From positions 69,662,014 to 69,726,013 of the forward strand of contig NC_068989.1 of assembly GCF_001194135.2 (NCBI RefSeq): DNA of 64,000 nucleotides, in the 5' to 3' direction. The notes under the pieces are model-generated. The model worked only from the letters and a program-made list of their open reading frames with translations. It ran no database searches and was not told the DNA's origin. The position numbers and the translations under genes are program-made. How positions within the stretch are numbered: the stretch's first letter is position 1; each line of letters opens with the position of its first letter. The DNA is from Octopus bimaculoides (taxonomy: Eukaryota). This document shows, in pieces, positions 37,970 to 49,915 of this stretch.

Positions 37970-38520
37970 GAATATGTGCATGTTAAGAAATTTGCTTCCC
38001 AACCACATTGTTCAGGTTCTTTTCCACTGCATGGCATTTTGGGCAAGTGTCTTTTACAGTACCAGGCTGACCAAAGCCTTGAAAGTGAGTTTGGTAGATA
38101 GAAACTGATGTGTGTGTATATATGTATAAAAGAGCATTGTAGTTCGCTTGAAGCATTGTAATATCAAAGAAGGTTAAAAGAGAAAAAATAGAAAGCTTCT
38201 GACAATGCGGATAGTTTTATAAAACCTTTTGTATTTCAGGCACAAAGTCCCATCTTCAGAAGAAAAACAGTCTGGGAAATGTCCAGTTATGCAGGTTCCA
38301 TTAACCCATTCAAATCCCCTAACAGTGTGTGTGTGTGTGTGTATAGATGTGTGTCTTTGTCATGACATCATCTGATAATTATAAATGTGTCACCAGTATA
38401 CACATACTGCCCTGCATTTCCAATTTTCCTTGAAAGCAATTTTTGGCCATAGGAAAATATTACCTTGCTTGGAAACAGATGAGAGTTGGTGACAGGAAGG
38501 GTATCTGTCTATAGAAAATC
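37970..38520 (+). mobile_element. SINE family B split by a roughly 200-bp insert
   Basis: Head at about 37970-38125, body and tail at about 38325-38520. Confidence 0.75.
38130..38324 (-). mobile_element. Possible Penelope-like terminal fragment with hammerhead-like core
   Basis: Minus strand CTGAAGA-T-GGGAC-TTT-GTGCCT-GAAA, palindrome GTTTTATAAAAC, and a downstream GTC. Confidence 0.4.
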
Positions 38521-39698
38521 TGCTTCTAATTGTAAGGAACTGCTTCTAATTGAAATTTACCATTATGTTTGTTTTTGGTATTATCTCAGTGAAATTTCCT
38601 TTGGCACTGAATTTAGAAGTTGTGTATTTTTTTCTGGGAGTAAATTGCCCCTAAATTTTTTTTACATACTTCTATCATTGGACTATGGCTATGCTGGGAT
38701 CATGATTTGATCCCAGTATTTATTTTTTTATAAGCTTGGTACTTATTCAATTGATCTCTTTTGCTGAACCATTAAGTTACAAGGACATAAACATCCCTAT
38801 GCCTGTTGTCAAGTGGTTGTCAGGGACAAACACACACACAATGGGCTTTCAGTTTCTGTTTGTCAAATCCACTCAAGACTTTGGTTGGCCGGAGGCTATT
38901 TTAGAAGATACTGCCCATGATGCCATGCAGTGGGACTGAACTTGGAACCATGTAATTGAGAAGGAAGCTTCTTATCACACAGTCACGCTTGTACCTAATG
39001 TTAGAAATTATATGTGGGTATAAAGTTTACACATACATCTTGTTGTGGTGAGTCAGTGAGGAGTTGCTCTCAACCTGTGAGAAAAGGCATCCAAATTTCC
39101 CTGAAAAATCACATCCTTTGGTATTTAAAAATGAAAAGACATGTTGCATAATGTAGTTCTACATACACCATGTTGAAAAAAATAATTGATGGTTACCTTT
39201 GATTATTATTTTCATCACTCAAGGCTGCCATGGGAATCCTTTTTAAAATAACAAATCTGAAAAGTATTGATCTTTGCAGAAGTGTTATGTGAAAGTATAA
39301 AGTATAAAGATATGTAAACAATTTCTCTGTTTAATGATGACCCAGTCAGTAATGTGATTAATTTTATTCTTTAATTAAATTTTGTTGCAAACATTAGCAG
39401 AATTATATATATATTTTCTTTTAATTATGTAAGTTTATGATCAGTAAATATTCTTTTTTTGCATTTTTTTTATGGTTAGGAGGTGGGGGGAAGACATTGC
39501 TTTAAAAACGTTATTTGCTAATTGAAACACTTTTTATGAGCAAAACTATTTTTTCAACATTACTAATATTTATTGAATTAATGGATATTAAACACATTTA
39601 CCACGAAAAATAAATGAATAATAACTTTCACAATAAAATGTTTCTCTTTAGAAAATAAGTAGTTTCACTTGTCAAACTGAACATTTCTTCTCAGCAAC

Positions 39699-39752
<54 letters not shown>

Positions 39753-39753
<1 letters not shown>

Positions 39754-39927
39754 GTAGCAGGCTGGCTATTTGTTAGCGTGCTGGTTGAAATGTTTAGCAG
39801 TATTTCACCTGTCACTATGTTCTGAGTTCAAATTCCGCCAAAGTCAACTTTGCCTTTCAACCTTTCAGGATTGATAAAATAAGTACCAGTGAAACACTGG
39901 GGTCAATGTAATTGACTCATTCCCTCT
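39753..39927 (+). mobile_element. SINE family A, CpG-decayed
   Basis: GTTCTGAGTTCAAATTCCGCC B box and family core. Confidence 0.88.
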
Positions 39928-40209
39928 GTACTTTTCTTAAGTATACTCTGACACTTGTTCCATGTGAACCAATCCCTCATTGTCGGAAAGAAAGAAGACA
40001 AATTATTGGCTAGTTTGAAATGTCTATAATTACAATATTGTTCACCAAATGCAATATTACAAGTAATAAATAAGTATAAAGATTGTCTCATTAATTTGAT
40101 GATTTATTTTCTCTAGTATTAGTTCATCACATTAGGGATTGATAATGCTGGTTTAGTGTAGTGACCCATAAAGTAGCATTCATTGTATCCAGAATATTAT
40201 TGTCTAACC

Positions 40210-40545
40210 CACTGGTTCTCAACCAGCATCCTTATGGCCCTTGAGGGCCCATATAAGATTTTGGGGGGTCCATGCAACAAAATATTACATTGGGGGTCCA
40301 CAATAGAATTTTAAGGGCCCCTGAAAAAATTTGCTTTAGATGTATGTATTGGTTTGCAGTGTATGAAACAGCTAATATTTTATATAGTTCGACCTACACA
40401 AGTTAATGTGTGAAAAACAAACTAGGGATTTTCAAAGAAGTATCTATATAACTTGCTTTTAAACATCAAAATGACTCTGGGGCTCCACCAGAATAAAATG
40501 GCAATCAAAGAAGTCCACAGATAAAAATATTGTTGAGAATCCCTG
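40210..40545. mobile_element. hAT (Charlie-like) MITE, 336 bp
   Basis: Exact 8-bp TSD GTCTAACC (40202-40209 and 40546-40553). TIRs CACTGGTTCTCAACC and TGTTGAGAATCCCTG. Confidence 0.9.
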
Positions 40546-40549
40546 GTCT

Positions 40550-40776
40550 AACCCTTTTAGCATTCACATTTCTTTGCCAAATGTATTCCTTACTCATTCA
40601 CACTATTTTGACTTAGTTATTCATTATCTTGTAGCATCAAGATTTCAACGATATGGTTGTATATTTTTAGAATGACATTGTGGAGTAGGTGTGAGAGGTT
40701 GGATGTAGTCAGTTTGAACATAAGACAAGTAGAATATTTGGATCAGGTATAGCTGCATTAAATGCTAAAGGACTAA
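40550..40776. mobile_element. piggyBac-like MITE family E
   Basis: AACCCTTTTAGCATTCA ... AATGCTAAAGGACTAA, homologous to 53390-53570 and 63610-63827. Confidence 0.75.
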
Positions 40777-40939
40777 AGGAGAAAAACCAATAGTTTCTTT
40801 TTATTTAATTTTTGTTCCATTGATTTAGATAGAGTGATAAGAGTTTGGAAGAATTCATATATTTTAAGTATCAAAGCAGAATAAACTTTTTCTCAGTTAT
40901 CATTGCCTGGTACAGGCAATTATGGTTGCCTGGTAGAGG

Positions 40940-41340
40940 TACAGGCAAAGCTGTGCATTAAGAAATTTGTTCTCCAACCACATGGTCTCAGCTTCAGTTC
41001 CACTGCATGGCACTTTGTGCAAGTGTCTTTTACTATAGCCCCAGGCCAACATTGTGAGTGGATTTGGTGGATAGAAACTGAAAGAAACCCATTGTGAATG
41101 TGTGTGTTACTGTATCCTCACCTTCTCTTCAGTAATAGTTGTAAATGAATGTTGTCACTATGCAAGTGATGTCCTTCATTTTCAATCTTCTGTGAAAACA
41201 TGTCTGGTCATCTGGCCTGTTCTTGGAAACAGGTAAGGGTTAGCAGGCAAGCAGGCTATCCGCCTCGACAAATTCTGTTCAACTCATGCAAACATGGAAA
41301 AATGAACATTAAGTGATGATGATAATGATGATGATTATGA
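40940..41340 (+). mobile_element. SINE family B (B2 tail)
   Basis: Head through (GAT)n tail. Confidence 0.82.
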
Positions 41341-42129
41341 TACATTTAGGGAAAATTTAATAAGTCATATATTCAATGCATACCATTTCATTTTGTTGAA
41401 TAAATTGAACTTCATTGCTCTTTCAATCAAATCATGGTCATATTATTCCTTGAAAATATAATCGTAACTTTTCATCCCTGAAATCAATTTGGTTCCTGTG
41501 TAGTCATGACCACACATAGGCACACTCTCAGGCTTCTCCTCTTGACCCAGTAGTAAAACGCAGATATGATAGTTGGAGGGATAGTAGAGTGCCCCAGCAC
41601 TCATCTGGGACTCCTCTCAGCCAAGTAGACTGGACTATGTGTGATTGTGTGTACATATTTTAAATGATAATAAAATTAAAAAGCATCGTCACAATAGTGA
41701 AGCAGGTGCAAAAGCACTAGAGTCTTGTTGTCTGCAATTTTCCATACTGTATGATTCTTTTTAAAACTTCAGTTTTCCATTATGTGTGTATGTATATCTA
41801 ACTCTATATATTTAACTATCTCTGTATCTATCTATTTATAAGTATCTATATGTATATCTTCCTATCTATATGTATCTATATATCTATCGTGTCTGTTTGT
41901 CTGTCCTTGTACTTGCTGTTTGTTATATATGCTAATATGAATAGAAGATTATCTGTGCCTGCATCTTACCTAACATGCTACCAGGCATGAAAATTATCTT
42001 GATCTTCACAGACTGTGCTTTTAAACTCACACACGTATTTTACATAAATGTATTTAATCTTAGGCCTGCTTCTTTTTTATATTTGATATTTGATCATGTG
42101 TGTATATGGCTTCTATTAAAACACTAATA

Positions 42130-42163
42130 TTTTTCTTTTTTTTTCTTTTACTTTTAGGTAAGT
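42130..42163 (+). promoter_or_regulatory. Candidate recursive splice site, or acceptor of a 26-nt exon (42158-42183)
   Basis: About 26 nt of almost pure T/C, AG at 42156-42157, immediately followed by GTAAGT. A second donor TGG|GTAAGA lies at 42184. Confidence 0.45.
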
Positions 42164-42639
42164 AACTCAAAAGTACCCAATGGGTAAGAATTCTCTCACT
42201 TTGTGTTGTTTATTTATCACTTTGTTCTGTTGTTGAGATGCATTCATTGTACTTTTGTTGTTAATTTGTATAGTGGTGTTTGATAGAATTACAGTTTGTG
42301 TTCGTTTTCTGGGGGGAAAAAATAAATAAGAGAGAAAAAAACTTAACAAACTATGAGTATTTTTTGTTTTTGTTTTCGCTTAGTTACTTACAAATACTGG
42401 CTTTACTTTGTTTTACCTATACTTATCTGTAAGCCTAATCCATCAGCTGGTTTAACATCATCATTGGGCTCTTTCAAACATTTCAAACCAGATTTTAATA
42501 TGATAATCACTAGTGTGTCATTGTTTCCTTGTCCCTCTCCTTTACCACTCTTGGAGACCCCTGCACATTCTTCTCTCTTAGTTGTAGTTTCTTCTATTTG
42601 CCATAGAGCATCGAACGACACCTGCACAGTTGCAAGCCC

Positions 42640-43100
42640 TGTCATGAGCCAGGTCCTTTCCCATGGTCCTGACCCAGACCCTGTCTATCCTCTTCTGTTA
42701 GTCTTAGGTCCTTCTGACCTTCGTGGAACATAAGGTGGCAAGAATAAGAAATTTCCTCCCTTCCACCCAGTGCAATCTCTAGCCTTGTCATGGATCTACT
42801 TTCTGGCCAGGTCCTTACTCATTATTTTCAACCAGATCTTTGTTGTCCTCCTCTCTTAGTCTTACTTTCTTCCGTTGCCCAAAGATCACCTGGAGATGAG
42901 TTTTTCACCCAGCACAGTCAGGAACCGTGTCATGGATCTATTCTTTGGCCAGGTCTTTGTTCACATTCCTCAACTAGACTCAGGTCTTCATTATTCTCTT
43001 CTCTTAGTCTCTTCCACTCCCTATGGAACATTGAATGATGAAATTTCCGCCAGTACAGTTGTATCGTGGCTAGATCTTTGTTATGGTCTCATCCAGATCT
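42640..43100. repeat. Degenerate minisatellite, 3-4 units of about 145 bp, relatively GC-rich
   Basis: Recurring GTCATGGATCTA..GGCCAGGTC(C/T)TT ... CTCTTAGTCT ... TGGAACAT ... GAAATTTCC blocks. Confidence 0.7.
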
Positions 43101-43865
43101 TGACATTGTATTTACTCTGTCAGGCTTCTACTCAAGAGAAGCTCCCATTAATTTTTTCATGGATATATGGGTATACATGGCAGTTGTCCAAGCATCATCC
43201 ATCATGTTATGCTGATAACATCATGTACTAAGTTATTAAAAAATATGTCATGATGATGGCTTTGGAAGGTTCCAAAAGGAACCAGCTGCTTTATGGCAAT
43301 TTGTTTGCGATATATCAGATTTCTGAATTCAAATTAGAATGGTGATTGTGGTGAGTTTTACTTTTTTTCTGTCAAAAGTTAAATAATGAAATAAATATTC
43401 AGAATGTACTTCACTTCTTATAAAAACAAAAACAAAATAAAACAAAAACAAGAACAGGAAGAAGGGTAAAAAAAAATGGCATTGAGGTCAAGGGAAATCA
43501 AACAATATTGTTCTTGAAAACTGACATCTGAAATTAATTAAAATAAATTTTAAAAATAAGTGGTATTNNNNNNNNNNNNNNNNNNNNNNNNNNNNNNNNN
43601 NNNNNNNNNNNNNNNNNNNNNNNNNNNNNNNNNNNNNNNNNNNNNNNNNNNNNNNNNNNNNNNNNNNNATTTTTTAACTTTTTCATTTTTTCAGTTCATA
43701 ATTCATTTCAACTGAATAGTTTGATGAATTGAAATCATAATTATCCATTATTTGTTGGGAAATAAAGTTTTTTTTTTTTTATTATCACCATTGCTGCTGT
43801 CATCATTGTAGTGTCCTCTTTGCTATTGTTATTGTCATCATCAGAATATCAAATATTTGTTAAAT

Positions 43866-45262
43866 TTATTACCTCCGCCAAGGAAGGAGTTTAATGTTTT
43901 CATCAGCGTTGGTTTGTCCATCTGTCCCTCTGTGTGCAAAATAACTCAAAAAGTTGTGAACGGTATTTGATAAAACTTGCAGAAAAAATTGGTAATGACA
44001 CAAAGAACAGATGATGAAATTTTGGTAGTGATGTGGGAATTTTTATGGATTCTTGAAGGAATTTTCATTTGTTACTTTATATGAAGTATTACGTTATTAC
44101 TTTCTTTGGTTATCTCCCTTGAAAACACGTTTATAGTTTTCACGTAACCTATGGTGGCGTTGCTGTTTCCAAAGTTTATTTTCATTTCCCTATTAGTAAT
44201 TTTACTCACGTATCTATCTTACTAGAAACTGATGGATAAAGAGATCAAAGTACATAAACAGACGACAGAGAAACAATCTGCACTAGTCCATCTGTTGTTC
44301 ATGAAATGGACAGGCTTTGACAGCAAACATCATCTGAAACTTTGCCTTCTGCTTCTCCTACAGTTACTCATGGAGGACTGCAGATCAGACTGCTCAATAT
44401 CAGGTCCTACTTTGAACATGAACAAGACTTGAAAGTGGACAACACTCTTCAAAATGTTGACGTGTTTTGTTTCATGGAAACGTTCTTGAAGCAGAATCAA
44501 CAAGTAGCATCCATCCTACCACAGTCGAAGATCACTAGAGCAGACAGGCCTGCTGCACTAGGGCGTGGAAGTAGGGTGATGGCTGTTGCCAAGCAGGAGA
44601 TCGCCCCATTTGAATATCAGTGGCTTAGAGTACACTGCTGTTGGGGTGACCATCTCGTCAACAAAAATCAATATCATCACCATTTACAGATCTCCTTCCA
44701 TAGCAGTTGCTCCTTTCCTCACCAGCCTGCATCATCTTATAAGATCTTTGCCAAGGAATCATCTGACCATTGTCCTTGGTGATTTCAACGTGGATCTCCT
44801 TGATTCCCTTAACCATGAGATCTTGACAACTATGAACCAGTTTGGCTTTGACCAACTAGTCCAACAACCCACCACCGACTAAGGAAGCCTGCTAGATCAT
44901 GTTTACGTGAACCAATATTGGTGTCCACAGGTCACCGTAACCGACTGTTACTTTTCTGACCATGATGTTGTGTGTGTATCACTCAAGTTTTAGGTAATTG
45001 CTGTTTCTTTTTAGTTGTATGGTGAAACTAGCTTGCTGTTGTCATTGATGTATTATAACTGCTTCAGATGATTCCTGTTTTTAGAGGGGTTTTTTTAAAA
45101 ACATCATGTGGCTGTTATTTATTTATTTATTTTTTACCCCCGCCAAGGAGGTTATGTTTTTGCTGGCATTGGTTTGGGAAATTGGGTGATTTTCAGCATG
45201 CGTGTATATGGGTGGAAATAAGCTGCTTAGCGGAGGTCTGCACTCTCCGAGTGCTTTTCTAA
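43866..45262 (+). mobile_element. Internally deleted Helentron (Helitron2-type)
   Basis: 5' subTIR ACCTCCGCCAAGG (43871-43883), 3' subTIR CTTAGCGGAGGT (45226-45237), stem-loop GCACTC-TCC-GAGTGC (45240-45254), T-rich flanks, and a C-terminal endonuclease. Confidence 0.85.
44285..44993 (+). pseudogene. Helentron helicase tail plus AP-like (EEP) endonuclease domain, disrupted
   Basis: SPSVVHEMDRL*, LLNIRS, DVFCFMETFL, a frameshift near 44610, YRSP, IVLGDFN, QPTTD*GSLLDHVY, DCYFSDHD, natural stop at 44991-44993. No RT follows. Confidence 0.9.
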
Positions 45263-46604
45263 TTTATTTTGTATTAATAAGTGACACAAAGGGACATGAT
45301 GGCATTTGCATGCCTTCTCAGGCAGGTGTGAAATTGATAGATTTGATGTTAAGCAAAACCTTTCTGCAGTTTGGAGCTGTAGGAGAAAAAAATGTAGACT
45401 AAAAGGAAATTTATGGGCTGCAGCAGTGAAAGAGAAATTGTTGAACAAAGTGGGCTTTTTTACTTCTTTAAAAAATTTTTTTTTTCTTAGTAGTATATCT
45501 ATTGGTTGCAACACCATTGGAATTGTGAGTTAAGAGGTTGGTGCACTGAGTAAGCTGGTGTGGAGGTCATATGTAGCTAATACAGAGGAGCAGAGGTCAT
45601 TAGTGCAGTGGTAGTCATAGCAAAGAAACACCATGTCTGTGAGTATGTGTTTGAAGCATGTTGGGATGTGAGCATTTTGCTAATCAGCTAATCACCCGAA
45701 TAGGTGAGGGTACAACTTGCTCAAGGACAGAACACAATGTCATAGGCTCAATTTCTGGACCAAGCAACTATGATTATGAGCCAAACACTTTAACCATTAG
45801 GCTGTGCATCTTCACACACATGCTGATAATAGTCTCTTTAATATTCTCTTTGAGAATTTGTGTTGTTTTTCTTCTTTCTTGAAGAAATTAGAGGACTGTC
45901 TTTCCTAGAATTTAGATGCCTGTCAGTTTTTTTTTAAGCATGCGTTTACTTGTGATAATTTCTTTTTATTATGTCTCGCAATACGTGATGTCAAATACTA
46001 TTTTCTTCATAAGTTCCTGCAGTTAGCTGTCAAGCTTGAGTAGTAAATCAAGCCACTTTTCATTGATGCTTTTAAGCAGTGCATTTTTCTGGTGATGTGC
46101 ATTCCATGAAAGAGCAGAGCTTTTGTATAAGGAAATAACCTGGGTAAAGTAGAAACGTGTATGTGGGGGTGAATTCACTTATTTCTTTTTGGCATAGCTG
46201 AAGCGATATAACTGATTGTTCTGACATATATGGTAATATGTAGAATTGGTTAAGTTTTATACTCTCTGCTTTTTTGAAGGCTGATGAAGTAGGATCAGTT
46301 ATATTTCAAGTTAGTATTAAGAAATTATAGAACTTCAATACCCATTTTATTGACTGGTCTTGGGTCATGTTCATATAGAAATGGCTAATGTTAAGTAATA
46401 TTATTTTTACCTAGCTTTACTTCATTGTTAATGAAATTGAACAATGTAATTTATTTTGGTTGTAATCATTGTAGACAATATAATGACATTATTTAAAACA
46501 TAGCATTTAAAGAATAGCATGACTGAAGAATGCAGTCCTACCCCAATACTTTTCTCTCGCTCTGATGGCTGGGTTTTCATGCAATATTTTTTAAATTTCT
46601 TTTA

Positions 46605-46970
46605 CTTGTTTCAGTCATTTGACTGTGGTCATGCTTGGGCACTGCCTTGAAAAAATATCTTTAGTAAGATGTATTAACTGCAGTACTTATACTTTTAAAG
46701 CCTGGTACTTATTCTATCTATCTCTTTTGCTGACTGCTAAGTTATAGGGATGTAAGCAGACTAGCACCGGTTGTCAAGCAGTGGTGGTGGTGGGGATACA
46801 CACACACATACAATGGGCTTCTTTCAGTTTCAATCTACCAAATCCACTCACAAGGGTTTAGTTAGCCTGAAGCTGTAGTAGAAAACACTTGCCCAATGTG
46901 CTATGCAATGATACTGAACCCAGAACCATGTGGTTGGAAAGCAAGCTTTTTACCTCACGGGTATGCCTGC
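46605..46970 (-). mobile_element. SINE family B (B1 tail)
   Basis: TTACTTGTTTCAGTCATTTGACTG tail on the + strand. The head ends near 46970. Confidence 0.85.
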
Positions 46971-48229
46971 ACCTATTTATGTTTGCTTATATTTTTTTTA
47001 ATCATTTTTATATCATTATAGCCCTTTTCATACAAACCTACCTGAAACTGCTCTTTGTTCTACGACATAATCTTCCTCTTTTCTAGCGACCTAAATTAAA
47101 ACCTACCAAACTTTTATGTTCATTTATGTTCCAAACACCAGCTTACTAATGAGTTATTTTACAAATTTCTTTGTTATTATCAAAATCAATTGAAACAAAG
47201 GCAGTGCATTTCTATAGGAATTTGTTCATAATAATGTTAAAGTACCAGTCAAGTAGTCAGGTTGTCCTCAAACTTGTGGTCATGTACTTTTTTAAAAATT
47301 TATTTAATGAAGTCATTCTGCTAGGTTAGAATATTGATTCCTTGATTAATTCCCTTGGTACAACCTGTTTTACTATTTTCTTTTCAACTATAATTACGCT
47401 ACTTTTCTAACTTCAGTCTCATTCTCTTTGCTTGAAGAAAAAATATACAAAACCAGTGGTAAAGATAATAAAATACAGACTCCTGTCATGTAATATATAA
47501 ATTTTATCTCAATGATGTTCTCAATACAGTTTTGTATAATGTTGAAATAATCTCTCTAGAAAAATATTTTTTGTGATACTTGAAGTATTTTTTTTTTATC
47601 TAATTATCATCATTTGATGTCCACTTTTCTATGCTTGCATGGGTCAGATGCAATTTGTTGATGCAGATTTTCTTTGTATGGATGCCTTTCCTGTCGCCAC
47701 CTCTCACATGTCTCTAAGGTATTAATTCCTTCAGCCAGACATATGTTTTCCATGGAAGACTGAAAACAAATATTACTTGTCTGACATGGATTTCACTACA
47801 ACCATCACATGATGTCAAGAAAATGGTACACACACGCACACACACACACACACACACACACCTGGTAGATTGAATTTGGTTTCTGTCTCTCAAATCCATT
47901 CAAGTCTTTGATTGGCTTGTTGCTATAGCAGAAGACACTTGCCCAAGATGTTATGCTGTGGGACTGAACTTGTGACCACATGGTTGTGAAGCAAGCTTCT
48001 TAACCAAACAACCAAATAACCAGTTCCAAATAAATTCTGTTATTTCTTTGTTGATATTGTTAGTGCTAAATTTCGCAGATTTAAAATTCAGTGTTCTATA
48101 TATTTTCATTAGGTGACAGATATAAGCTACATTATTTTTCAATTTATCATAAGTCCTCGAGTTTCTGCATTAATTATTAAAATGCATAATGACATAGTTG
48201 TTTATGTTCCTGTTTCATTCAGTTATGAT

Positions 48230-48529
48230 CATTGGCATAGCTAATAGGGGAGCAAGGGGAGTAACTGCTCTCCCCAAGTACATTTTTCAAAATTGGCACC
48301 TTTTCAAATTTTTTTTTTAATCTTCAGTTACACAGTTGTTGTATGTTTCAGACATAATGACATTGTTACTGAAACATGAAATTAATGAGTGTAGAACTAT
48401 GCATATCATAACTAAAGAAATATTTCATGTAATATAAGAAACAAGTTAAAAAGTGTTTGCTATGTATCACAGCACTTTTCATTCTTTTATATATTTACTC
48501 CCCTTAACTTTAGAACCTGGCTACATCTG
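48230..48529. mobile_element. Old hAT-like MITE
   Basis: TTATGATC is repeated at 48223-48230 and 48531-48538. Ends CATTGGCATAGCTA and TGGCTACATCTG resemble CAGTGGCGTAGC-type hAT termini. Confidence 0.6.
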
Positions 48530-49375
48530 CTTATGATCCTAGTTTCTACATCTGTAAAAAAAAAAAATCATCTAATTTTCAAATTTTTAAAACCTGTTTA
48601 ATACTAACAGATTATAACTCCTAAATTTACAACATAGTATATTTTTTGAAACTATAGTACCTTAGTAATACATATATAGTGGCTCCATTAAACAGTCAGG
48701 TCATGGAAGCATGAAACTTAGCCTTTTTGCTAGTCAAATAACTGGTAAAGCTCGTCCCCAGTAAGGGATTTCTATTTCAGAGGAATTTGACAGTGCCCAC
48801 AAATGATGATGTCACCATTTGTAGTTGAAGTGCAGAGTGGTTTTATAAACATTCACACATACACATGTATATGCACGTACACACACTACAGTTTCAGTTT
48901 CTCTCTACCAAATTCCCTCACAAAACCATTGGTCATCGAAGGGTTATAGTGGAAAACACTTGCTCAAGATGCTGTGCAGTATGACTGGGCCCAAAGCCAT
49001 GTGGTTAAGAAGCATGCTTAGCCTGTATATTTAAACTCAGAATGCAAGCTAATGAAATACTCACAACTTATCTATGGTTGCTGTTGCAGTTATTAGCCTA
49101 TCGACAGCAAGATGAAGGGATGAGTGTTATTTTGAGTCAACAAGATAATGCAGGATATATGTGACAATGCAGAAGAATGGATTCTCAAACTGACAGTCCA
49201 ATATCTTATGTAGGGAATATATGAAAATGTTGAATAGAGTATTGAAACCATACCAAAGATTCAGCTATCCAGGAGATTACCTCTGCTCTGTAACAAACAC
49301 ACACCTTCCTTTTCATTCACATGTGTGATTAACCATTGTTACTAAATTTCTGTTAAAATAGACTGCTTTTTATTG

Positions 49376-49657
49376 TTATACTTGGAGATAGTCATATTTT
49401 GCCAATTAAACACATGCACTATACATTCGGTCTTCATTTTAGCTTTATTATTATTATTATTTTCTTTTTTCAAAGCACTTTTGTCATACATCCTGTGACC
49501 TCATCAGTGACTCTGTATTAGTTGCTGATGCAGTCATAGGTTGTGTGACAAAAGAGCTTTGGCAAAGAATTAAAATAAAATAATTATGAAGCTGAAGTGA
49601 AGTTCATATATACAGTGCATGTGTTTAATTGGCAAAATATATCCATCCCCAAATATA
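49376..49657. repeat. Near-palindrome whose arms each carry a decayed minimal hammerhead-ribozyme motif (Penelope-like)
   Basis: Core arms 49394-49507 and 49525-49640 with a 17-nt loop. Minus strand of the left arm: GTCA-CTGATGA-G-GTCACA-GGATG-TATGAC-AAAA-GTGC-TT-TGA. Confidence 0.7.
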
Positions 49658-49714
49658 AAAATATCTGTTTCAACATGCGACTTCACATTAGGCGTCTTGC
49701 AAAACAAATCAATA

Positions 49715-49915
49715 AACGTAATATACTGCTTTTGTTTCAATTAATTTTGAAAATAGCAGAATTTATTTAAATAACTTCATTATGACTAAACTAGTGTTTG
49801 GAATAAATTAACATTGAATTTTGATGGCAGGTTTTAATTTAGATCAGTTTAAAATGGGAAGTTTCTTATCATAGATCCAGGGCAGTCTTGGGTGGGTTGA
49901 TATTAAAAGAATTAA
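49715..49915. mobile_element. piggyBac-like MITE family D, partial
   Basis: TTTCAATTAATTTTGAAAAT ... GGGTTGATATTAAAAGAATTAA. Confidence 0.7.

Noticed and set aside
38240-38294. Candidate exon HKVPSSEEKQSGKCPVMQ with a heme-regulatory-like CPV motif
   Set aside because: It sits in an insert within a SINE, overlaps the hammerhead-like motif on the other strand, and has a weak donor.
48328-48340. 13-nt microexon candidate (YTVV)
   Set aside because: It lies inside a TSD-flanked hAT-like MITE, and the phase match is likely chance.
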